Below, piece after piece: positions 26,363 through 39,410 of a stretch of 64,000 nt of DNA. Under the pieces are notes generated by a model. It saw nothing but the letters and a program-made list of their open reading frames with translations, was not told the DNA's origin and ran no database searches. Positions within the stretch are counted from its first letter, which is position 1. Every line of letters begins with the position of its first letter. Origin of the DNA: Mobula hypostoma (taxonomy: Eukaryota). Location of the stretch: positions 15,252,001-15,316,000 of the forward strand of contig NC_086097.1 in assembly GCF_963921235.1 (NCBI RefSeq), written 5' to 3'. A program made the position numbers and the translations under genes.

Positions 26363-27779
26363 GAACCTCCGTCAAGCCAACTCTCAGCCTTCCTTGCTCC
26401 AAAGAGAAAAGTTCTAGCTCACTCAACCCATCCTCATAACACATGCTCTCTAGTCCAGGCAGCATGTTTGTAAATATCCTCTGCACCCTCTTGAAAGCTT
26501 ACATGTTCTTTTTATCATGAAGCACCCAGAACTGAACACAATTCAATTGTACATTGACTGTTACTTCAGTAAATTTTGAGTACAACAGCAAAGTTGTCTA
26601 GCTACAAGTCTGCATGGCCCTGATGAGACCACACTACATGAACTTTTGCTCTCCTCACCTAAGAAAGGATATAATTTCTTAAGATGATGATGCGGTGAAG
26701 ACACATCATTCTGATTCCTGAAACTATGATGTGAGGAGAGATTGAGTCAAGTAGGCCAATACTCAACAGAATCTAGAAGAACAAGAGGAGATCTAGTTGA
26801 AAGTAACAGGATTCTGAAAGAGCACCAGAGAATATTTTTTCTGGTGTGGGGGGAGATGTCTAGAATAAGTGCAAAAGTCTTAAATTTCAAAATAGTGCCT
26901 GCTTCATTGTAGCTGAATGATAGTAACTCGGGCCTTGTTGATGAGGATGTTGGGCCTGGAGGATGATGAAGAGCCTGATTTGCATATTAACCCGGGGGAG
27001 CACCACCTGGTGACCCTTCCTGACCTATTGCCATCACTGATTATTGCTGCTCCTGCTCAAATCCATTTTCACCAGAGATTTCAGGGATATGGAGTGAAGT
27101 TAAAAAAACGCGAAAATCATCAATTTTCCAAGTAAATGTAGATTAAGATTAATGGAGGATGTAGCATGATCTCAGTTGGAACAATTTATGTTTGCTGACA
27201 TCAGTCTGAGATAAAATCCATTCCAGACCACCCTGAGTGAATTGGAGAAGCAGCCTTTGAGACAGTGCTTGCAAACTGACAAAACCCAGGCCTTGTGAAG
27301 TGATGCAGGGAGCCCTGATACTACGGCTTGATAGCAACCCCAGCACTGGAAGCAATAAAAAGTGGTATGTTTGGAATCCTTGACATCAGTTACCTGAGGG
27401 AAGAAAGACTGTGAAGTGTGCTAACACTGCCTGCTATGAACATTAACATTCAAAACATTGAGCATATCACCAGGACATCGGGCATTCTTCTATCACCACA
27501 TCAGTCTCCTCTAGGTCCTTTGTGATGAAACAGTAACATAGTGGTTAGCGTAATGTGCCAGCAACCCTGATTCAAGTCTGCTGCTCTCTTTGAAGAGTTT
27601 GTACATTCTCCCCATCACTGTGTGGATTTCCTCTGAATGATCCAGTTACTTCTCGCATTCCAAGGACGTATGGGTTAGCAGATTAATTGGTCACATGGGT
27701 GTAATTGGGTGGCAGAGGCTAGTTACGCCAGAAGGACTTGTAACTGTGCTCTATCTCGAAATAAAAAAAATAAACTTCA

Positions 27780-27930
27780 TCAAGGCATCAGGATCTCCTG
27801 GTTGCCACCCATTTCAATTCCACTTCCCATTCCCATTCTGACATGTCAGTCCACGGCCTCCTCAACTGCCGCGATGAGGCCTCCCTCAGGTTGGAGGGAC
27901 AACACCTTATATTCCGTCTGGGTAGCCTTG
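27780..27930 (+). mobile_element. Penelope-like GIY-YIG fragment
   Basis: DLLVATHFNSTSHSHSDMSVHGLL...LRLEGQHLIFRLGSL. Confidence 0.85.
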
Positions 27931-29296
27931 CGAAATGGATGGAGATGTGGGGAGAATGAAGTGGGGTTCATGTTAACAGGTCCTTGATGATCAATGTGAA
28001 CTCAGATGGCCAAATGATCTGCTTTTTGCTCTCTGGCATTATATTTTCATTGGGCCTTGAGCTTACTCGCTGTGTAATGTATTTGATACACTGAGGTACA
28101 TTCGTTTGTTCGTTACATGCCGCACTATATGACGTGGGCGATCATGGTCTTTCCATTACCACGATTGCTCCAGGCATATTCTTCAACAGAAGTGGTTTGC
28201 CATCGCCTTCTTCTGGGCAGTGTCTTTACAAGACAGGTGAGCCCAGCCATTAACAATACTCTTCAGTGATTGTATGCCTGGCATCAGTGGTCAGATAACC
28301 GAGATGTGATACGCAGCAGCTGCCCAGACGACCATCATGATCCTGATCGGGGGCGGGGGGCTAAGCAGGTGCTACACCTTGTACCTTGCCCTACCAAGAT
28401 GAACCATCTGAATGGCCTGTCGGAGCTCTCTTTGGGAACTAGTTGACTTGATCAGCATTTCTGATCTGGCTGCTGTTCACGATTGCACTTAATAATAAAA
28501 AAAACAACTGACCATTGTGCCAACTTGACCTGGAGGGAAGGAGCACTTTATGCCTCCTCTGGCAAAGGGGGTATCTCCACCCCACCACCCCAAGAAGGTA
28601 CATCAGGGAATTTCTTTAATATGTTTCTTTACAGATTCTAAGACTGCTTTGAAAGCTCTGTCCCAGCATGGCCCCTGGTACAGAATATTTGTGGAAGCTT
28701 TTCCTACAATTATCAATCATCCCAACTAGTTGAAGATACAATTGTTCACATTCACCACAAGGGTCTCTTTAAGCTGTGGTTGCATTTATTTGGCCAGAAG
28801 CTTTAGCTATTGACTGACAAAATAAAATCTAATTGTTGCATGTGGCTATATGCAAGTACTGTATACTGAACTAATAATGAAAAAAAAGGTCAAGGTAGGT
28901 AAACATTAAATAAAAATGTACACTTGGTGTAAAGTTGCCATAGTACTGATTTCTCTCTCATTTCTCTCCACAGTCATACCGCCACTTATTGATGTTACCA
29001 TCTGGTACGATGACGAAATCAACCTGCCAGGTTGTCAAATTTACTCGCCCAACCCTTAAATCAACATAACTCATTTGTCAAGAGGAGGGAAAAGCATGAA
29101 GGTGAAATGGATATCCACTAATCTTGAAATACCAAAGTTCAGAGTACTGTAGACGTTGCCATATACAACCCTGAGATCCATTTTGTTGCGGACATTGACA
29201 AACAGTGCATGAGCAGGGTGGGTGGGATCCTTCGTGAAGTTACTGGCCCTTTTCTGCCATCTTTCTAAATATACAGTATGTGCTTATTGGTGGGCA

Positions 29297-29599
29297 CGTG
29301 GCCAAGTGGTTAAGGCATTGGACTAGCAACCTGAAGGTCATGAGTTCAAGCCCTAGCCAAGGCAACATGCGTTGTGTCCTTGAGCAAGGCACTTAACCAC
29401 ACATTGCTCTGCAACGACACTGGTGCCAAGCTGTCTGGGTCCTAATGCCCTTCCCTTGGACAACATTGGTGTCGTGGAGAGGGGAGACTTGCGGCATGGG
29501 CAACTGCTGGTCTTCCATACAACCTTGCCCAGGCCTGAGCCCTGGAGAGTGAAGGCTTTCCAGGCGCAGATCCATGGTCTCGCAAGACTATTGGATGCC
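29297..29599 (+). mobile_element. tRNA-derived CORE-type SINE with TSD, nested in a LINE fragment
   Basis: A box TGGCCAAGTGG, B box GAGTTCAAGCC, CORE-like TGTGTCCTTGAGCAAGGCACTTAACC; flanking duplication TTATTGGTGGGCA (29284-29296) / TTATTGGCGGGCA (29600-29612). Confidence 0.85.
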
Positions 29600-30944
29600 T
29601 TATTGGCGGGCAGGCTGTTGTCAGTGATGTGTTGGGCAGTTTTGACTCCCTTCTGAAGAGCGTTGTAGAGCGGGAAAGTTTAAAGTAGATGTGCAGAGCA
29701 AGACTTTTTACACAGAGAATGGTGGGTGCCCGGAATGCACTGCCAGGGTTACTGGGCAGCGCCGCTTGAAGGGCCAGGAGGACCCGCTCTCCACTCCGTA
29801 TGTCAATAAAATACAAAGAAGCACAATAGAATCCGCAAGCAACAAAGATGGACAAACCACCAACGTGCAAAAAAACAACAATCTTTGCAAAGACAAAAAG
29901 AGAAAAAGAGAAAAACAGTAACAATAAATAAGTAAGCATTAAACATCTAGAACTAGAGTTGTGGAATCCCTGAAAGTGAGACAATAGGTCTTGGAATCAG
30001 TGATGAAACACCTGGTTTAAAAGTGGCAGGGAAAGAGCCTGGAAAGAGGTTTTGTTTAATTGGCTTTGACCTAACCATGGTATAAGATGTCAAAGGCAGC
30101 ACCCTACAGTGCATTTACTTAATGCTGGTTGCACTGAACCTCATCGATCGCCAGGTATCAAAGCAATACATGTCCAAGAGGGAATTTGTACTTCATTTAT
30201 GAGTGTTTTCTTAACCTAGCATGGAGACTCATAAAACTAATGGACTGGTGTGCGTTGCCCTTTCCCCCTGACCACTCTGATCCCCAGAGGCACAGTTTCA
30301 ATTATGTACTCACATCCATGCATTTCTTCTGACAAGTGTACTCAGGCATACACCGCACCTACTCCCTCCAGGCATCTTGCCTGATTCGGGACACACCCTC
30401 TGGAGAGCAGATGAGAGCAGAGGATGAGAATATTCATCCAACAGTCACTCAGCCCGAATGACCCAATGCTACACTAACATAACATCGGCAGCTTCAAAAG
30501 TGAGCGAAAGGTGAAGACAGGAGTCATGAATGGACTTCAGTAAGGCTTTTGACAAGGTCCCGCGAGGTTCTTTTTTAACATTTAAGAATAAATTGGACAG
30601 ATACATGGATGGGAGGTGTATGGAGGGATATGGTCCGTGTGCAGGTCAGTGGGACTAGGCAGAAAAAGGTTCGGCACAGCCAAGAAGGGCCAAAAGGCCT
30701 GTTTCTGTGCTGTAGTTTCTATGGTTCTATGGTTCTATGGAATATAAGGATCATCGTTAATAATTCCAACGGAAAATGCCTCTCTCCCAACCTTATCAAA
30801 ATGCTTAAAATTATGAGAGGTATAAACACGGTAGATGGTAACAGTTGTTTCCCAAGGGTAAGAACATGGGAAAGTAGGGGCCTAGATCCAGGATGAGAGG
30901 GGAAAGATTTAAAAGGGGACTCATGGGGCAACTCTATCATGCAG

Positions 30945-31037
30945 ACACACAAAATGCTGGAGGAACTCAGTAGTTCCTCCAGCATTTTGTGTGTGTGTTG
31001 CTTTGGATTTCCAGCATCTGCAGACTTTCTCGTGTTT
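30945..31037. mobile_element. Fold-back Penelope-like terminal repeat inserted in a CR1 fragment (about 30790-31250, +)
   Basis: Perfect 23-bp stem ACACACAAAATGCTGGAGGAACT-cagt-AGTTCCTCCAGCATTTTGTGTGT. Confidence 0.9.
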
Positions 31038-32827
31038 ATCCTACAGAGGATGGTGCGGATGACGAGCGAGCTGCCAGAGGAAGTGGTTGAGACGGGCACA
31101 ATAGTATCATTTAAGAAGCACTTGGATAGGTACGCGGAGAGGTGGAGCTTCGACAGATATGAGCCGAAATTCGGGCTAATTGACTGAGCATGGTGGTTAG
31201 CACACTGTGCTTGGGCCGAAAAGCATTTATCTGCTCTGTGACTCTACGACTATAAAACTGAGAAGAAACTTTGTTACCTAGACAAAGGTTTGGACGTGAA
31301 ATTCACTTCCAGGGAGCCTGTGGTGTTAAATAGCAGTGGTGCATTTAATGACCTGCAATTAGTATACAAGTGAGAAAAGAAAAAAAATTGTACAATAGTA
31401 CCTTGCAGCAGTAGCAAAATTAGAAGGAGGCTATTCAGCCCTTTGAATTCATGTTGGAGCAATGAAACTAGTCCCACTACCCATGTGCCTTTCTCACAGA
31501 CCAGACAAGAACAGGCCCTTCAGCCCGCAATATCTGTTCCAAACATGCTGCTGAATTAAACTAATTCTCTTCTGCCTGTACATGACCCATAACCCTCCCT
31601 TCCCTGCTATTTCATATGTCAGTCTAAAAGCCTCGAATGCCTCGATCAGATATGCATCCACCGTCTGTGCATTCCAGGCACCATGCACTCTCTGTGTAAC
31701 AACCTTGCTCTGCACGTCTACTTTAAACTTCCCTGCTTCACGACGCTCTTCAACGGCTAATTAAAACTACCCAGCGCATCACCGACAACAGCCTACCCGT
31801 CATCAAGGACGTATGTACAGAAAGCTGCCAGGAAAAGGACCAGACATACCATGAAGGATATATGTCACCGACCCTGCTCATGGACTGTTTGTCCCACCTC
31901 CACCCTACGTAGCATCCACGCCAGGACCACCAGACTAAAAAACAGTCATCATTTCCTGTCAGAGTCACCTTATGTACAGACACACCTGTGCCTAGCGTCA
32001 ATTTATTGACATAGAATCAGTCTACGGATAAAAGCCATCTTATGTATTTATATCTATTGTGTTTTTTTATTATTAAAGTTCTATTCTGTTCTATTCTATC
32101 TCCTAACATTTTCTTGTGAACCATCACAGACGATATATGTCGCTTTTCCTTGATTTTCCAACAATGGGCCAGGTTAGTTTGTACAGTAATCAGGAGAAAG
32201 CTTGTGAGGCGGGTGGAAATCTGTGGCCAGAATGTCTTACTCTGCATGTACCTGAAAGGGTTAACGGGGCAGCTGAACGACTGCCCACCCATCGATGGTG
32301 CAGCATCCCCTCAGTTCTTTGCTGGATTGCCAAAGTGTTCTTTCGTTCAAGTACGGCAGTAAAACCGCAGCCCAGAAAGGGGCTATTACTCACTCTCTTG
32401 ATTTACTGCCTTGCAATTGCCCATGGCCTCAGAGTGTGGTTAAGGGAGAATCACCATGGTTACCAATCAATGACTCCCGGAGGAAAGTGTGCGTATATTA
32501 TTCTTTCCTTCATGGGATGTCACAGTGTTAGCAGTTCCACCATATATTGTCCATCCCAGAGCGTCCCTGGACTGAAAAGATATGGTAATAGATGCAAAAT
32601 GTTTCCACAAATGCATAAGGCATTATATAGAAAGTGGTGGTCTACTTGCAAGGCAGACACCTATGTGAAAATTAAAATTAACTGCAAGTGGTGGAAATCT
32701 GCATCTCTGACAAAGATCTCAGAGGTGAAATGTTACTCGGTTTTCTTTCCACAGATGCCACAGAAGTATTTCCACAAAAGCACTGAGCCATGCTCAAGCA
32801 TCCTTCTACACTGAACCCACATTGCCC

Positions 32828-33480
32828 ATAAGACCATAAGGTGTGGGAGAAAATTTAGGCCATTTGGCCCATCGAGTCTGCTCCACCTACAATCATGGCT
32901 GCTTTACTATCCCTCTCAACTCCATTCCTCTGCCTTCTCCCTGTACCCTTTGACAGCCTTGCTAATCAAGAAACCATCAAGCTCAGCTTTAAATGTACCC
33001 AATGACTTGGCCTCTGTTATGTCTTATAACTTCAAAACATTAAACCAATTCAAAGGAAAATTCTGTGAGTCTTAGCTCATATTTACTTCAAGCAAGGTGC
33101 ACCATGTATCACGTGGTGGCATCATGATGCATGCATTTTCACTTATTTTTACATAATGAATTATTTAAGTGAACAAGAAAGCTTAATCCAACAATATATT
33201 TACAACATTACTCAAATACTACTGAAATATTAAATACACAACAGCCTCCACAGCGTCTGTGGCAATGATTTCCACGGATTCACCCCCCGCTGACCGTAGA
33301 AATTTCCCCTCATCTCTGTTGTAAAGGGATGCCCTCTATTCTGAGGCCGTGCCCTCGACTCCCCCTCGATAGGAACCATCCTCTCCACATCCACTATCTA
33401 GCCTTTTCAATATTCGATAGTTTTCAATGAGATTCCCCCTGCATTCTTCTGAACTCCAGCCAGTATATGCCCAGAGCCAT
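32828..33480 (-). mobile_element. CR1 3' fragment split by a solo LTR
   Basis: (CCATAAGA)n tail; minus strand LGIYWLEFRRMQG / GNLIENYRILKRLD. Confidence 0.85.
33015..33243. mobile_element. Solo LTR (Gypsy/BEL-like), 229 bp
   Basis: TGTT...AACA termini; 5-bp TSD GCCTC (33010-33014, 33244-33248); the host CR1 resumes seamlessly. Confidence 0.85.
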
Positions 33481-35384
33481 GATCCGGTACTTAGTAAAAA
33501 GGAACAGACATATCTCATTATTTTGCAGTGCAGAATACTTTAACAAGCTCATCAGAGATGAATTTTGCTTGTCCAGTCTCTCAATGGCTAAGCCCACATT
33601 AATTTGCATGCAGTCTGAAATGGAGATTATCCATTTCCATGTCCCTTATATTCTAGGTAAGTCTTTGATGATGCAGATTGTCTGTTACCTGACATATTTA
33701 TGAAACAAGTGGAGCTTGATTGGACCTGCTGGGCCTCAGGCTTGTTGCACATGCAAATCCAGTTTGATTTCCACTGTTTTGTTTCCTAGCAACTCCCCTA
33801 GCTGCCTGTTAAATTCAGATGAGCCGAACTATATTTCAAAACACTGATTGAGCCTGTCTGTCATCCCTGGGACATTATACTCCCTCCCACAACCTCTCTC
33901 AACCATGGAATCTCTTGGGAGGTAATCAGAGCAGAATCAGTTTTATTACCATTGGCGTATGTTGTGAAATGTGCTGTTTTGTGGCAGCAGTACAGTGCAA
34001 TACATAAAATGTACTCTAAATGAGCGAGGTAATGTTCATGGGTTCATGGAACATTGGTTTAGACGACTTAAGCGCCGGGCCAGATTGAAGTGGTTGGGGT
34101 GTGGAGGTTAGAGGTGAGAGTTGGGCTGGTTCGCTCACTGCTCCACGGGGTTGCTGGACTGAGGCTGTGGCCTGCAACTGGTGGATGTCTACATCGGCTG
34201 CAGCAATGCCTGGCATTGTGAACTTCAGTTCTGAATGTTACCTTTTATTGTTTGCACTATTTGTCTTTACTCTCCCTCTGCATGCTGGGTGTTTGACAGT
34301 CTTCTTTTGCTTTTAATAGGTTCTTTTGGGAGTGTTTGTTTTGTGGCTGCCTGTAAGGAGACAAATCTCAGGGTTGCATAAGTATATGTACTTTGATAAT
34401 AAAATATACCTTGAACTCTGATGACGGAAGAGCAAATAAAGAGGAAGACTCAGGATAACTTTTCTTTGGAATTACCCCCACCATCCGGAAGGGTAACATT
34501 TTTTTAATGTTTTGTCACCATGACAGGAAGACAAAGTAGCAGGTGCTAAAATAACAAAGAACAGATTCACGTTTCCCTGAAATTTACGCGATCAATTCCA
34601 TACCTCCAAGTAAAACAGAAAATGCAATTTAAGCTGCTCACACCCAGAGATGGGTTCTGACAGCCAGTTAATTGAATGCACTGGGCCATATCACTCTTTA
34701 CGTCAGTATTCTGTCCTCAAAGACGGCACGTGGCTGGTATTCGCTCAACACAAACACCAGAACGGCAGAAGTTTCTTTGTATTCTGTATATCACCCCGCA
34801 GAAGACAAGTCATTTCATCTCTTTCAAACGCGTACAAACTCCTTACAGGCAGCGGCGGGTATTGAATCCAGGTGACAGTTACTGTAAAACGTTGTGCTAT
34901 CCACTACACTACTGTGCTGCCCCATTTTCTTGCCATCAGTACAATTTTTTACAATGTATTTATCAGTGCCATTTTCAATAATGGCCTCTAAAAAGCTAGC
35001 TGTCTCCTCACACAGGGATTGCATTGAGCTATGGGTCAACAGAATGGTTGGGAGTTTCAGGCAAATGTTGGGATTATCCTAAAACTGTTGAGATTTGTTC
35101 TGTGTAACTAACCACAAAATTTGAGATTTCCACTGAAGTCAGTTGCTTGTCTTTTTCCTTCCAGAATCCACTCCAGCATCGGATCAAGCAACTTCACTGA
35201 ACTTAGAATGGGGAATCTCGAAATAGTTCCTGTTCAGACAGGATTTGGTGCACAGATCTCACCTTTCTTCATTCAGATTCCGATTCGGAAACAGGTTTAT
35301 TGTCACTGACATCTATGGTGAAATATGTTGTTTTGTGGCAACCGTACAGGGCAATACAGAAAAATTACTAAGTTAGAAAGATAA

Positions 35385-35882
35385 ACTGATTCCTAAGCTC
35401 CGGAACCTGGGCCTTAGCACTCAGATCTGCAGCTGGATCTTCAACTTCCTCACAGACAGGACCCAGGCTGTAAAAATAGGGGACAAGCTCTCCTCTACAA
35501 TCACTCTGAGCACCGGTGCCCCACAAGGCTGTGTACTCAGCCTCCTGCTGTACTCACTGTACACCCATGATTGTGTAGCCAAGTTTCCATTGAACTCAGT
35601 ATATAAGTTTGCTGATGACACAACAATTGTAGGCCGTATCTCGGGTAATGATGAATTGGAATACAGAGAGGAAATTAAGAACCTGGTGGCATGGTGCGAA
35701 GACAATAACCTATCCCTCAACCTCAGCAAGATGAAGGAATTGGTTGCTGACTTCAGAAGGGGTAGCAGACCGCACAACCCAATTTACATCGGTGGTGCGC
35801 AAGTGGAATAGGTCAAAAGCTTTAAGTTCCTCGGGGTCAATATCACAAATAACCTGACTTGGTCCAACCAAGCAGAGTCCAA
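35385..35882 (+). mobile_element. Rex1/Babar-(L2-group) LINE reverse transcriptase fragment, little decayed
   Basis: [27 protein letters not shown]...[22 protein letters not shown]...[39 protein letters not shown]; in-frame stop at about 35809-35811, then KSFKFLGVNITNNLTW. Confidence 0.9.
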
Positions 35883-36103
35883 AGTATAAGTATAAATAAA
35901 AAGTACAAAGAGGAGTATTGAGGTAGTGTTCCTGTACAGAGGGGAAGGGGCTGCTCCTAAAATGCTGAGTGTGGGTCTTCAGACTCCTGTACGTCCTTCC
36001 CAATGGGGGCAGTGAGAAGAGAGCATGTCCTGGATGGTGAGGGTCTTCAGTGATGGATGCTGCCTTGGAACAGTTTGTGCATCTGAACTGAGTATTACTT
36101 CAT

Positions 36104-36343
36104 TCAGAATTTCAAATATTTCAATTGTATTTAAGTTATTTAATAACTGCTATTTTCCTGCAGTTCGAAGAATATTTTCTCAGGTTTTATTAACTGACTA
36201 AAGCAAGCGTTGCAGCTTATCAGAATTTCAAATCATTTAATTGTATTTAAACCATTTGAAATATGTTAGAAATTTTTTCAATTTTGAAAAAAGATTTTAA
36301 TCATTTTTATTAGCTGACTAAAGCAAGAGGTGTGGCTTAACCA
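36104..36343. repeat. Old ~120-bp tandem duplication
   Basis: TCAGAATTTCAAAT...AATTGTATTTAA...CTGACTAAAGCAAG occurs twice, about 116-123 bp apart. Confidence 0.75.
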
Positions 36344-36535
36344 GCTGTCAGTCAGTTTTCTGGGTGGGACTTGTTCTTGCATCTCCCTTTCCCTTGTACA
36401 TGACCTTGAGGAAAGTTCTGATGATTCAAAGACTGACGGCAAAGAATAATAATGATTCCAGACCACACCTTCGCAGTTGGAAAGTCTGTGAACTTTGCAG
36501 AGGTCAGCAGCTAGCATGAGTTTCACCAAACTAAC

Positions 36536-36740
36536 AGCAACACACACAAAATGCTAGAGGAACTCAGCAGCCCAGGCAGCATCTATGAAAAAGAGTCAAC
36601 AATCGACATTTCAAACCGAGAACTGACAAAAGGTCTCAGCCCGAAACATTGATGGTTTACTCTTTTCCACAGGTGCTGAGTTCCTCCAGCACTTTGTATT
36701 GCTTTGGATTTCCAGCATCTGCAGTTTTTCTCGTATTTGT
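36536..36740. mobile_element. Fold-back pair of Penelope-like terminal repeats
   Basis: CACACAAAATGCTAGAGGAACTCAGC...TTTCAAACCGAGA, then CTGACAAAAGGTCTCAGCCCGAAAC...GCTGAGTTCCTCCAGCA. Confidence 0.8.
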
Positions 36741-38679
36741 GACCAATCTAACAGCTTCACTTGGCTAAAACCATTTCATATGTTCAGTTCATGTTATTTT
36801 TATTTATATAAAAGAAGACAGGAAAAACCACAACATGAAGGAAAAAGTTGAAATGCTCAGTTGGCCATTGCAGACAGAAAATGTGTTGGAAAAATATTTT
36901 CACAGAACTTAGCCAGAATGTTCACTATACCTGTTCTCCGGAGGTACTCATATTGAAATTTCTCTCAATAAGACTATGCCTGACATGTTGAGCATCTATA
37001 ATATTTTCTCTTCAGTCTAATCACAGTAAAAGATCAATTAAAAACAACTCTCTAAGCTTTTGTGTGTTTATAATTCAGTAACAGGATGTGGAGCAGGACT
37101 AATATTTAAGTATGAGTTACCCTTTCATGTACTTTTGCATGCCTCAAGGCAAAGTTTGGTCCTGGATTTACAAAGAATTAGATACAATTCTGAAGAAGAA
37201 AAAGCATTTAATATTTCTCAGAGGCTATGTGCCTTGAGGAGGGAATCTGAAAGTAGTGGTGTTCTTATGTAGCTGCTGGTCTTGTTCTTCTGGTTGACAG
37301 AGGTCACAGTTTTGCACTCTGCTGTTCCACAAGGATATCTAGAATTACAGGTTTTCCCCTAATTTTTCCTCATGTGAAGCCAATTTTTGTTTGATTATAC
37401 TCCTGGAAGTGCCTTCAGACACTTCTATTAAAATAGAAGTTTTTGTGGTTGAAAAAGTTGGCATGGAAGGGAAGCAAGGGAAGTTTGGGCAATGTGCAAT
37501 TGGTCAAAGATCTCCCACATTTCACAGAACACATCCAACTTTTGTTTAAAGGTGTCCTGCTAATGTTAGCTATAGAATCATAGAACACTATAGCGCCGAA
37601 GCAAACTCTTTTGGCCCATCTAATCTGTGCCAAACTATTATTCAGCCTAGCCTAATCCTCTCATGATTATTCTACAATCAAGTTTAACTTGCTCACCTTG
37701 AATGTTTGACAGCAGGTTATAGAAGCATACAGCACTACAGCGCAGAAACAGGTCATTCAGCCCATCTAGGTCATGCCAGACCGGTCTTCTGCCCAGCCTA
37801 CCTGCACCCAGACCATAGACTTCCATACCTCTCTCATCAATGTATTCATTAACATCTCTCATCCAATCTTCTCTTTAGTGTTACAATTGTACTTTATTCT
37901 AGCATTTGCTCTTGCAGCTCGTTCCACACTCACCCCCACCCTCTGAGTGAAGAAATTCCCCCTCAAATTCCCCTTAAATATTTCACCTTTCACTTTCACA
38001 GAAAGTGTATGGAGTAAAAACACATTACCTTGACAGGATCCCAGTCATTGAACAGATAGAATCTGACACTATTGACTCCTTTAACACCGAAGCCAACACA
38101 CGTGGGTAGTTGTCGGCAATGCAGTAACTACACCTGTCACAAACTGTCGGCTCAAAGAAATGCACCCAAAGTTTAACCATGCTTTTTCCCTTGTCAAGTA
38201 TATCAGATATTCAGTTACGCTCTTTGTAGACTGACTTTGAACTTGAACCAGCCCATGGTAGAAGGAGGTCAGGCATTATTTTATTTAGAGATTTTAGAGA
38301 TCCTCATGGCAAAAGTCCCTTCCGGCCCAACGAGTCTGCACTGTGCAATTCCACCCACGTGCCCAACTTACATACTAACTGATATCGCCTTTGGAATGTA
38401 GGAGGAATCAAGAGCACCCAGAAGAAACATAAGCATTTATGGGGGGAAAGTAAACTCCTTACAGACTGTGGTAGAATTGAACCCGGGCTGCTGTTACATC
38501 AGTAGCTACGCTGACCTCATTAGGCAAAGGGCAATTGAACTCTCGATCTCCCTTTCCCAAGGGAGCTTGGGGTGAAGTGGACAACTGGAACTTCCATTAC
38601 TGAGATGCAGAGATTGTATTAGACGTGGATATCGAGAAATGCCTTCTTGAGGCAGATTGCAAAAGCCAATATCAGTCAC

Positions 38680-39100
38680 AGCTCTGGGCTTGTATTCACT
38701 AGAATTCAGAAGATTGAGCGGTGACCTCATTGAAACCTATCGAATGGTAAAAGACCTTGATAGAGTGGATGTGGAGAGGATCTTTCCTACGGCGAGAAAG
38801 TCTAAGACCAGAGGACACAGATTCAGAATAGAGGGGCGTCCTTTTGGAACAGAGATGAGGAGTAATTTCTTTAGCCTGAAAGTGGTGAATCTGTGGAATT
38901 CTTTGCCACAGGCAGCTGTGGAGACCAAGTCATTAAGACAGAGGTTGATAGATTCTTGATTGGTCAGGGCATGAAGGGATATGGGGAGAAGCCAGGAGAT
39001 TGAGGCTGAGAGGAAAATTGGATCAGCCATGTTGAAATGGTGGAGCAGACTCGATGGCCCAAATAGCCTAATTCTGCTCCTATATCTTATGGTCTCATGA
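38680..39100 (+). mobile_element. CR1 LINE 3' fragment
   Basis: LGLYSLEFRRLSGDLIETYRMVKDLDRVDVERIFP...TRGHRFRIEGRPFGTEMRSNFFSLKVVNLWNSLPQ. Confidence 0.95.
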
Positions 39101-39199
39101 TTTAAGCAGAAAAGAGGGCCTGCATAGCTTCCAGCTGTTCCACCAACTCCTTCCACTGGGTCCCTTCTCCCCACTGTTTCTTCTTCTTTTTCTTCAGCC

Positions 39200-39410
39200 C
39201 AGCATCCCCACTGGGACATAGGCCACCAACAGCAGCCCAGCAGAGTCCTCTGTCCCTGGGCCAGTCTCTCAAGCTGTCCCCAAGTGTAGCCCAGGGTGAG
39301 GTATCTGGAGCTTCGGTTGACATTTCTGTAGCTCAGGGTTTTTCCACAGGCCGGGATTGCTAGGCTAGCTCCATTGGCCAACTCTCCTTTCGCAGCCGGG
39401 CTTAGGATCA
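39200..39410 (-). mobile_element. RTE-type LINE C-terminal fragment
   Basis: Minus strand LGYTWGQLERLAQ / DRGLCWAAVGGLCPS across one frameshift; the W...ERLAQDR..WR..V..LC pattern is typical of RTE ORF ends. Confidence 0.7.

Noticed and set aside
29293..29365. tRNA gene
   Set aside because: It is the head of a SINE: it continues into a CORE domain and tail, is bounded by a TSD, and has no proper cloverleaf acceptor stem or terminator.
32116..32814. 232-aa plus-strand ORF
   Set aside because: Non-ATG start, no recognisable domain, and it overlaps degenerate repeat remnants.
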